This document shows positions 57,218 through 64,000 of a stretch of DNA of 64,000 bases, one piece after another (within the stretch, counting starts at the first letter, position 1; the number at the start of each line of letters is the position of its first letter). Origin of the DNA: a virus; the IMG/VR virus record IMGVR_UViG_3300017917_000400, positions 40,076 to 104,075 of that record, one strand, 5' to 3'. The translations under genes and the position numbers were made by a program. The notes under the pieces were generated by a model. The model did no database searches. It had not been told where the DNA came from and saw only the letters and a program-made list of their open reading frames with translations.

Positions 57218-58071
57218 TATGTTCCCCACTCGTTTTTAAATAGCGGAACTTGTAATCTGTCGCTGTAGCGTAAACCATTTTTCATGGCCAGTTCCGCAAC
57301 TCTGCGATTATTTAAATTATAAACACTCTCAACACCGCCAACAGGCATTAAGTAACAAGATCCTGTAAAACCGTTTTCACGATATATGTCTAATGTCTCG
57401 ATGGCTTCTTCAGCATCCTCTTCTGTGGCCACTACAAATTTTAAATAGGTGTGACCGATATCTTGATATTGATTTATAACATCTGGTTGTATTGCTTCTT
57501 CTCTAGATTCGCCACTACAACTCAACTTTGCACTAACGCTAAATGTAATTTCTCGATCAAAGTCTAAGTTAGGCATTTGCCAGCCAATTAGATAATCTGC
57601 AAATTCTGGTGTTAATTTTTGAGTACCATTTGTTTCAAAAGTAATTTCTTTTAAGCCCGCCATCTTAGGATGATTGAGTAAGTCTGGATAAGCACGTTGC
57701 CAACCTAGCAATGGCTCGCCGCCTGTAATTACAAGGTGTTCGTCCTGCCATTCATTAAATGGGAGGATTTCGCAGATACGTTCTGCAATGGCATCGCTAG
57801 TTAGCATGGGACTTAGATTTTTAAAATCTGGATGCCAACTAGCATAACTATCACAGCCGGTAGTGACTAACGGAAGTTCTTCATACTTATTATATAGATG
57901 TGCAACCTCGGCAAGTTCATCTGCTTCGCGACTTAGTTCCCCTTTAGGCATGCCAAACCCGGCACACTTAAAGTTACAACCAAATGTACGTAAGAACACG
58001 GACGGTACACCCATGTAACGTCCTTCGCCTTGAACACTATAAAATAGTTCTGCTATTTTAATTTTACTCAT
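57217..58071 (-). CDS. queE: 7-carboxy-7-deazaguanine synthase (radical SAM)
   Basis: ELFYSVQGEG...PSVFLRTFGCNFKC...GCDS, ITGGEPLL, ETNGT; start revised to MSKIKIAE (ATGA overlap). Confidence 0.9.
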   Translation of the reverse strand: MSKIKIAELFYSVQGEGRYMGVPSVFLRTFGCNFKCAGFGMPKGELSREADELAEVAHLYNKYEELPLVTTGCDSYASWHPDFKNLSPMLTSDAIAERICEILPFNEWQDEHLVITGGEPLLGWQRAYPDLLNHPKMAGLKEITFETNGTQKLTPEFADYLIGWQMPNLDFDREITFSVSAKLSCSGESREEAIQPDVINQYQDIGHTYLKFVVATEEDAEEAIETLDIYRENGFTGSCYLMPVGGVESVYNLNNRRVAELAMKNGLRYSDRLQVPLFKNEWGT

Positions 58072-58532
58072 ACACAATCACCTTGTTCTGCTATTCTTGT
58101 TGTTGTTGTCTTTTCAGATCGTTCTTTTCTAAATTGTGAAACATCTTTAACGGCTAATTTTAAAGTTTCTGCATAATTAAATGCCTGTTGTTCTGTCATA
58201 CTAATAGTCGTTTCATAATCTACATAACCTTTGACCCAAATAGATTTAGTAAGTTTTAGTCGTCTTACTAAACCATTATATAATCCCTTCCAGAAAAAGT
58301 CAAATTCCTGTAACCAAATACTTTCTTTATTGTAATCTGGCTTAACGGTTTCACTCCAAAAATCAGTTTTTACAGTAACATAGACATTTACATTAACACT
58401 ACCATCGTCGGCTTCTATCCAAACATTATGTTCGTGATCTGGCTGGTCGCATTCACAGACAATTTTATAAACTCTAGAATTCCCCCAGTCGTGAGTTTTT
58501 AGAATTCCTTCTGCTGGTATCTGTGATTTCAT
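58068..58532 (-). CDS. Hypothetical protein (154 aa) with CxC...H motif
   Basis: VCECDQPDHEH; operon-packed. Confidence 0.55.
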   Translation of the reverse strand: MKSQIPAEGILKTHDWGNSRVYKIVCECDQPDHEHNVWIEADDGSVNVNVYVTVKTDFWSETVKPDYNKESIWLQEFDFFWKGLYNGLVRRLKLTKSIWVKGYVDYETTISMTEQQAFNYAETLKLAVKDVSQFRKERSEKTTTTRIAEQGDCV

Positions 58533-58852
58533 TGTTTAAACATCTCCAAGTTTATAATTTTAGCAACACGCTCGCCAATATCTTCTCCATTAGGAATAAC
58601 ATAAGTTTGACTGTCGTGTCTATCTTTACGTTCGTCGTAGTGTCTTACATTTAAAATTTTACCACCAACGGCTGTACTCAACTCAAAGGTGATACGATTT
58701 TCGCCTTCTGCTCGACCTTTTTCAATTGCCATTGCTGTTCCCATTTGTAATCCTCTTTGAGCTTTGTTAACATAAACATCTTCTTCGTATTTGTGACGAT
58801 TATCCCACATGTCACGTACTTTGCCATAGAGCCAACGGTCGAACCAACTCAT
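58529..58852 (-). CDS. Hypothetical protein (107 aa; start revised to MSWFDRW)
   Basis: ATGA overlap with the upstream stop. Confidence 0.55.
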   Translation of the reverse strand: MSWFDRWLYGKVRDMWDNRHKYEEDVYVNKAQRGLQMGTAMAIEKGRAEGENRITFELSTAVGGKILNVRHYDERKDRHDSQTYVIPNGEDIGERVAKIINLEMFKQ

Positions 58853-59064
58853 GCTCGATCCTTTAACCATGCGTCAACTTGTGCTTCTGCTTCTTCCTGT
58901 GTAACAGCATAAGCATAGATCCAATAGCAGTCGTCCTTGCCTTTGATATCAAATGGTACAGGACCATTAAACAAGATGCCGTCTTCTAGCATACGTTTGA
59001 CTTCAAACTTTTTTAAATTTTTAGCACGATTGATTAAATCGTTAGCCATATCTACTGAATTCAT
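58849..59064 (-). CDS. Hypothetical protein (71 aa)
   Basis: ATGA overlap with folE stop. Confidence 0.55.
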   Translation of the reverse strand: MNSVDMANDLINRAKNLKKFEVKRMLEDGILFNGPVPFDIKGKDDCYWIYAYAVTQEEAEAQVDAWLKDRA

Positions 59065-59756
59065 CTTGGGGCAAACTCCTGTTGTAATTTAATATTATCC
59101 ATAAACTCTTTTTTAGTTCCTGGATCATCTTTAAACGCACCTTTAAGTACGGTGGTCTGTGTAAGACTGCTATGTGCCATAATACCTCTGTTCTCACAAC
59201 AACCATGTGTTGCTTGAATGTATACTCCTAGATCTTTGGCTCCTGTGGCTTTTTCGATCTCCCTAGCAATATCATTGCAAAGTTCCTCCTGGAGAGTGCC
59301 ACGTCGGGCACACCACTGAGCGATGCGTGTGTATTTACTGAGTCCAATAAGTTTCTCAGCGGCAATAATGCCAATATAAGCAACGCCACTAACGGGTTGG
59401 TGATGATGGCTACACATACTGCGAAGCTCACTACGAACAACCAGCATACCTTCGTAACGATCCTGCGAGTCGTTTGGAAATGCTGTTGCGTCTGGTGCTG
59501 GGTCATATCTACCTGCCATTATTTCATTAAAATACATCTTGGCAAGCCTACGTGCTGTACCATGACTATTCGGATCTGTTTCACGATCAATTAAAAGTGC
59601 GTCTAAAACTTTTTCAAACGCTACAGTTGCTTCATCAATTAGGATTTGTTTTTGATCTTCGTCAACATAATCGCTAATGTTATCTCCTGCCCAAAAGCGT
59701 TTTCCCTGCGAACGCATTTGCTGGCGGATTACTTGTGCTAGATTCTTTTCACTCAA
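59061..59756 (-). CDS. folE: GTP cyclohydrolase I
   Basis: TARRLAKMY, SMCSHHHQP, IGLSKYTRIA, LQEEL, ATHGCCENRG; TTG start with GGAG SD. Confidence 0.95.
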   Translation of the reverse strand: MSEKNLAQVIRQQMRSQGKRFWAGDNISDYVDEDQKQILIDEATVAFEKVLDALLIDRETDPNSHGTARRLAKMYFNEIMAGRYDPAPDATAFPNDSQDRYEGMLVVRSELRSMCSHHHQPVSGVAYIGIIAAEKLIGLSKYTRIAQWCARRGTLQEELCNDIAREIEKATGAKDLGVYIQATHGCCENRGIMAHSSLTQTTVLKGAFKDDPGTKKEFMDNIKLQQEFAPR

Positions 59757-59798
59757 TTTATAATTCTCCGATGTTAAGGCAGTGGATTGCCATATATT

Positions 59799-59826
59799 AT
59801 TATACAGATATTTAGGTTTTTGTCAA
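59799..59826 (-). promoter_or_regulatory. Nested sigma70 and late promoters for folE operon
   Basis: TTGACA (59826-59821)-16 nt-TATAAT (59804-59799) with CTAAATA (59815-59809) inside the spacer. Confidence 0.65.
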
Positions 59827-59831
59827 TGGAT

Positions 59832-60065
59832 TTATGCTCTAATAGTTTTCTTTTCATGAACTTTATTTTGTTCTTTTTGCCATTCTTCATATTTTAATCG
59901 TCGACATTCTTCTTTAACGCTATTTGGTATGTCTGGATGCCATTCTGCCATGCCACAGTCATAGACTCTGCCCTGTGTCTGCGATAGATCGGAAGACATA
60001 ATAAGCATTACTGCAAGGAAAAAAATTAAGATTACACCAATCTTTCCGATAATAGAATCCGACAC
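59832..60065 (-). CDS. Small membrane-anchored hypothetical protein
   Basis: N-terminal hydrophobic helix; YDCGMAEWHPDIP..VKEECRR. Confidence 0.55.
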   Translation of the reverse strand: MSDSIIGKIGVILIFFLAVMLIMSSDLSQTQGRVYDCGMAEWHPDIPNSVKEECRRLKYEEWQKEQNKVHEKKTIRA

Positions 60066-60253
60066 AGATTTGCATCCTTAGTTGATTTAAAAATAAAAGT
60101 CATAGAATCGTGATCTGGATGGCTAGTATAACGACCCCCTGGCAATCCAAATACTTCTAAAACTATAGCACAAGTTTCATTCCACCAGAATCCATTCTGG
60201 TTATTCCAGTGAATACAGATCTTATTTTGATCTAGGACTGGTGCAACTATCAT
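60032..60253 (-). CDS. Hypothetical protein (73 aa)
   Basis: WNETCA.VLEVFGLPGGRY motif; operon-packed. Confidence 0.55.
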   Translation of the reverse strand: MIVAPVLDQNKICIHWNNQNGFWWNETCAIVLEVFGLPGGRYTSHPDHDSMTFIFKSTKDANLCRILLSERLV

Positions 60254-60446
60254 TCCAGAGTTCCTGTGCTTGTTTTTTATATTCTTCTAATTCTTGATCT
60301 TTTTTAAGTTGTTCTTCCAACCACAGCATTTTTTGATGCTGATACATTTCTTCAGATAGTCCATGCCAACCGATGCAATCCCCTGTAGGAGATCGACCAC
60401 AGCCGCAAGTTCCAATCTTTCCTTCAGGATTAGCTCTTACTTGCAT
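60222..60446 (-). CDS. Small CDGSH-like Fe-S/zinc-finger protein (start revised to MQVRAN)
   Basis: [15 protein letters not shown] resembles C-x-C-x2-S...C-D-G-S-H. Confidence 0.55.
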   Translation of the reverse strand: MQVRANPEGKIGTCGCGRSPTGDCIGWHGLSEEMYQHQKMLWLEEQLKKDQELEEYKKQAQELWNDSCTSPRSK

Positions 60447-60813
60447 TTTTATAATTTCCTTTGCTTGGTATAACGTGGCGAACCCCGCCACGAGGGTCTT
60501 CCATATCTCCTGTTCTGCGAGGAATCATATGTATGTGGGGATACATTACGGTTTGGCCAGCAGCCTCGCCACAGTTTTGCCCGATGTTGAAGGCGTCCCA
60601 TCTTTCCGAGACAACCCCTTCGTAGCCGAATTTATATGCGGCTCTGTAGCATTCCATAATGTTTTCAAAACGTTCGTAGGTTGGCACAAATAACAGATGT
60701 CCTTCCGTAACTGCGTAAGCGTCTCTGAAGACCCAAAAGTCTTTTGTTCGGTATTCAATTCCTGTCCACGGTGCTCTGCGTTCATCTAGTGCCCTTTCTA
60801 AGTCAGAATTCAT
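60430..60813 (-). CDS. HIT-family nucleotide hydrolase (start revised to MNSDLE)
   Basis: [42 protein letters not shown]. Confidence 0.88.
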   Translation of the reverse strand: MNSDLERALDERRAPWTGIEYRTKDFWVFRDAYAVTEGHLLFVPTYERFENIMECYRAAYKFGYEGVVSERWDAFNIGQNCGEAAGQTVMYPHIHMIPRRTGDMEDPRGGVRHVIPSKGNYKNASKS

Positions 60814-61388
60814 TTCCAATATTCCTCCCATGGGTAAACTAACCAGCAGTCTTCTTCTGCTTTGTTCACTTCCCATGCGTAATAATCTATGTCTGCCTTA
60901 CTAGCCAGATTATTTGTTAGTACAGCGAATCGAACATTTTGATGCCAAATATCGTGATCCCACGACGGATCATTAGGCATACATCCACTGCGCCAATCTT
61001 CTTTAATCCAGTTAATTGTAGCACCGGTATCGTTGATATCATCTACAATTAGAATATTTTTATAACTGTCACCGTTTTCTAGCAGATCAGCCGCCGCTCG
61101 AAATACACCCTCAACATCATTTTCATCTTCAACAAATCGTTCAGATTGATATCCAAAAGCATCTTCGGCCATTCCTAAATCGCTGACAGTTTGTCCACCG
61201 TCTCTAAGACTAACTTCTAATGGACGCATGGGAACCCCTAAAAATTGACTAAGCATTACCGCAGGAATAGCCCCGCCTCTGGTAATACCAACAACATAAT
61301 CAGGGCGCCAGCCGCTAGTGATTACACTTCTGGCAATTTCTAAACAAGCACCTTCAACATCGGACCAACTGTAGTAGATTTTTTTCAT
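60810..61388 (-). CDS. Type I phosphoribosyltransferase (xanthine/guanine PRTase-like; start revised to MKKIYY)
   Basis: YVVGITRGGAIPA, PRPP motif ILIVDDINDTGAT, WLVYPWE. Confidence 0.88.
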   Translation of the reverse strand: MKKIYYSWSDVEGACLEIARSVITSGWRPDYVVGITRGGAIPAVMLSQFLGVPMRPLEVSLRDGGQTVSDLGMAEDAFGYQSERFVEDENDVEGVFRAAADLLENGDSYKNILIVDDINDTGATINWIKEDWRSGCMPNDPSWDHDIWHQNVRFAVLTNNLASKADIDYYAWEVNKAEEDCWLVYPWEEYWK

Positions 61389-61615
61389 ACAGTTAATCCA
61401 TATGCTAGGGTCTGACATTCTTCTTTGGTCATAAAAAAGTTATATGTTTCTGTACTAATAACTTCACCGTCTTTAAGACCTTCTTGAACCATATTAATAC
61501 TAAAAAGTCCTTTAGGATTTATTACTTCATATTTTTTTAATGTGAGTCTAAATCCATCGGTTTCCTTAATAATCATTTCTTTGTAAGTTGGTTTAACTGA
61601 TTCATGTATTTCCAT
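61385..61615 (-). CDS. Hypothetical protein
   Basis: AGGAGA SD 5 nt before ATG 61615. Confidence 0.5.
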   Translation of the reverse strand: MEIHESVKPTYKEMIIKETDGFRLTLKKYEVINPKGLFSINMVQEGLKDGEVISTETYNFFMTKEECQTLAYGLTV

Positions 61616-62039
61616 TGTCATCTCCTTTAATTGCTTCCCATGTACGATATTTTCCTAATGCTTTGATGTAGTCATCGTACATCTTTTTAAGATTAGGATG
61701 CTTTTTTTCTAGTTTAACATCTCTTTCAGGAATATGCAATACTGTTTCAATTGTTTTTAACCGTTCTTCTAAATCAAGTCCGTTTATAACAACATTACCT
61801 TTTACATCTAATGTGGGAGGATTTTGACTGACACTCATTACTGTATCGTTTGATGTAGCCCAATTATAACTGTATCCGTTGCTGGCAAGAGTAGATCCTC
61901 CTGTAATGTTAGTAATAGGAATAGTAGTAGACATGGTTACAGGACTAGTCAGAGTATAACTACTACTGCTAGATCCTGTTCCTGTTATGGTTATAGTATT
62001 GCTAGTTGTTGAGTTTCCTGGATTGTAGGTAGTTGTCAT
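61602..62039 (-). CDS. Hypothetical protein with Ser/Thr-rich N-terminus
   Basis: Low-complexity S/T head; helical tail LEERLKTIETVLHIP. Confidence 0.55.
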   Translation of the reverse strand: MTTTYNPGNSTTSNTITITGTGSSSSSYTLTSPVTMSTTIPITNITGGSTLASNGYSYNWATSNDTVMSVSQNPPTLDVKGNVVINGLDLEERLKTIETVLHIPERDVKLEKKHPNLKKMYDDYIKALGKYRTWEAIKGDDNGNT

Positions 62040-62457
62040 TATGAATCCATTTATTATTAACGAGAAATCCCCATTCTCTCTTTTGCGGACCCGGCATAAA
62101 AAGTGTCCAGGCTGTTACGCCTTCTTTTAATTCTATACGATGATATGAAGTAGGACTACATACACGAAAATGACCAGGACCACGCCACTTTCTAACTTCA
62201 CACGTCTTTTTGCCTTCGGAGTCAAACTGCGGTATCCACTCGTAATATCCTCCTTTAAGGATAAGAGTTGCATAAGGCCACGGGTGATCATGGACATCGT
62301 CTGGATCTCCTTTTAGAAATTTATGTAGAAAAATATTAAAAGGAAAGCGATTCCTTTCCTTTAAAAACAAATAATATCTTTCTAAATATGGTTCGTTGTA
62401 CTGTCGATCCATAATAATGCGTTTGCGACCAAGACGTTCAAGAAGTTTTAATATCAT
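62002..62457 (-). CDS. Cupin-fold protein
   Basis: LHKF...HDHPW...ILKGGYYE...HRIEL...WTLF metal-binding cupin pattern. Confidence 0.7.
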   Translation of the reverse strand: MILKLLERLGRKRIIMDRQYNEPYLERYYLFLKERNRFPFNIFLHKFLKGDPDDVHDHPWPYATLILKGGYYEWIPQFDSEGKKTCEVRKWRGPGHFRVCSPTSYHRIELKEGVTAWTLFMPGPQKREWGFLVNNKWIHNDNYLQSRKLNN

Positions 62458-63527
62458 ACAAGATTCTCAAATAAAACATTTGCTGAAAAGAAGTGTTCAG
62501 TTAAATCGTGTGTTTGTTTTCTAAGTTGAGGTAAGAATTTATCATAATTGTCCATGTACTGAATAATTTTATGACAAATTTCTTGTCTATTGGCTACATA
62601 GTGATCCCAACTTTCAGTCCACACACTCGGATACTTAAATGTATCGTAATACATCTCTGTGTAACTGAGTCTATCTGGAACCATAGGAATTGCATCCACA
62701 ACCGCGCCTTCATAACAAGAAATACCAAGCGTCTCTTGTAAGTTAGCACTAAACACAATTTTAGCCTCGCCTAACAAGTTATGATATTCATTCTTTGTTA
62801 GTTGTTGATCCTGACACACAATAAATTCATACTGTGGTAGATGTTGTTTGAGATCTCTAAAGATCTCAACTTGCTTCTCGGGTGCGATGCGATGTGGAAA
62901 CAATATTAGATCTCGTTTTGACATATTTTTATATGGAGTCAATGTAGTGTCCATATATTCCATAGGCCAACCGGATCTTATAATTTTCTTATTTTTTACA
63001 TAGGTGTGTTCTACTGTTTCTTTATCAAGACCAATTAAGTTTAATCCAAACATCTCAATGTGAAAGTCTGTGGCAAAATAATTATAGTCTACTGCATGAA
63101 AGAAACTTTTCTCAGCATGTCTAACCCATTTAGCGTTACCAATGAGACGTCCTAAGAAATCTTGAGGATCGTATGATCCAGCATGCCATAATGCGTGAAT
63201 TTTAATAGGAACTCCGAGGAGCTCACTCATGTACTTTAAATTTATGATACCAGGATGCCAAGCATCAGTAAAGATGAAGTGATCATTAGGAGCCACTGAT
63301 CCGGCGCAAAACAACCGGCCCATTTGCTCAACTTGGGCAGACTTATATATATTGGTGCCACCAAAATTAAGAAAAGCGCCAGGAGTGGTTGCACTAGGAA
63401 TATCTGTAGGGCCAGATATAACTTGAACATCATGTCCTCTCTTTCTTAGAACTGCCGGTAGGTGGGTTTTCCACTGCGCTGTATAGCGTGTTTCTACCGG
63501 CTCAAGGTCTACTAGGTAGACGGTCAT
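62454..63527 (-). CDS. GT-B (GT4-like) glycosyltransferase
   Basis: FPHRIAPEKQ, FSANLQETLGISCYEG (Ex7E), PDRLSYTEM. Confidence 0.8.
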   Translation of the reverse strand: MTVYLVDLEPVETRYTAQWKTHLPAVLRKRGHDVQVISGPTDIPSATTPGAFLNFGGTNIYKSAQVEQMGRLFCAGSVAPNDHFIFTDAWHPGIINLKYMSELLGVPIKIHALWHAGSYDPQDFLGRLIGNAKWVRHAEKSFFHAVDYNYFATDFHIEMFGLNLIGLDKETVEHTYVKNKKIIRSGWPMEYMDTTLTPYKNMSKRDLILFPHRIAPEKQVEIFRDLKQHLPQYEFIVCQDQQLTKNEYHNLLGEAKIVFSANLQETLGISCYEGAVVDAIPMVPDRLSYTEMYYDTFKYPSVWTESWDHYVANRQEICHKIIQYMDNYDKFLPQLRKQTHDLTEHFFSANVLFENLV

Positions 63528-63742
63528 TGACGACCATTCCTGTAATTGTTGTTACCTCTTGGACGATTTTCAAATCGTCTATCGTTGTTATAACGACGAG
63601 GACGCTTACTTGCCTCGTAGGCTTGCCAGACCTTGCTCTGGCGGTTATACAAATCTGCCGGATTAAACGGCAGGAGTTCAAATCTGCAAAAATTTTGCAG
63701 AGAGTCAAGATCATCGAAAATCTTAACAACTTCGGGTTTCAT
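63524..63742 (-). CDS. Hypothetical protein (72 aa) with Arg/Asn-rich tail
   Basis: AAGGA SD; ATGA overlap with the GT gene. Confidence 0.55.
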   Translation of the reverse strand: MKPEVVKIFDDLDSLQNFCRFELLPFNPADLYNRQSKVWQAYEASKRPRRYNNDRRFENRPRGNNNYRNGRQ

Positions 63743-63760
63743 CTTTGTGTTTCCTTTAAG

Positions 63761-64000
63761 TTAATATTTGATGAATGAACCATTTTCTCCGTCTTCGGAG
63801 ACCTCAATCCAAATCTCACGACCTGGATACTTTAGTGAAATAATGTTAAACAAATCGTCTGACATCATCTCACAACTCTTGTAGTCAAGGCTTAGAACGG
63901 AACCTTGACCATTATACAGCGACTCGAGCCATCGTTTGAATTGGATGAATTCGATGTCCCTGTCATTGTGTTGCACACTGATCCACACCCTGAAATGAAA
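63761..64000 (-). CDS. QueD-like T-fold protein (DpdL-type), truncated by right edge
   Basis: Frame open to window end: FHFRVWISVQHNDRDIEFIQFKRWLE...SCEMMSDDL...IEVSEDGENG; the track's GTG start is internal. Confidence 0.7.
   Translation of the reverse strand, partial: FHFRVWISVQHNDRDIEFIQFKRWLESLYNGQGSVLSLDYKSCEMMSDDLFNIISLKYPGREIWIEVSEDGENGSFIKY

Noticed and set aside
34-63778. Many short antisense or off-frame ORFs in the track (e.g. 34-231, 7849-8289, 12223-12561, 43623-44129, 60373-60693, 63488-63778)
   Set aside because: They lie within well-supported genes and reflect codon bias on the opposite strand or frame.
1-64000. CRISPR array, tRNA genes, stop-codon reassignment
   Set aside because: No regularly spaced direct repeats or cloverleafs noticed; long genes are intact in code 11 and TAA, TGA and TAG all end genes.

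Overview
This 64-kb window comes from a large, AT-rich, T4-superfamily (myovirus-like, probably jumbo) phage using the standard genetic code. Left to right: (1) a minus-strand virion/head module (beta-helix virion protein, small structural genes, gp23 capsid, gp22 scaffold, gp21 protease, acidic core protein, a Maf/CstII-like transferase, gp20 portal, tape measure); (2) a divergent gp26-like tail chaperone whose gp51-like partner ORF has no usable start and sits in the -1 frame behind overlapping slippery heptamers and a 12-bp stem, a strong programmed-frameshift candidate; (3) a ~440-nt ORF-free, densely base-paired, pseudoknotted element starting right at the stop codon of a small GIY-YIG nuclease gene, the best candidate here for an undescribed nuclease+RNA system; (4) gp46/gp47 and gp55 late sigma; (5) a plus-strand baseplate/fibre module (gp48/54-, gp53-, gp27-like, gp5, gp25, gp6, a 4694-aa wedge protein, three paralogous fibres); (6) a minus-strand early region with thyA, DHFR, a MoxR ATPase-vWA/metallopeptidase pair, RNase H and a 7-deazaguanine cluster (QueE, FolE, truncated DpdL/QueD-like) interleaved with a glycosyltransferase, purine PRTase, HIT hydrolase and cupin. 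T4-type late promoters (nTAAATA) and near-consensus sigma70 promoters are visible, and several late genes look leaderless. All calls come from reading motifs by eye; no searches or folding programs were run.
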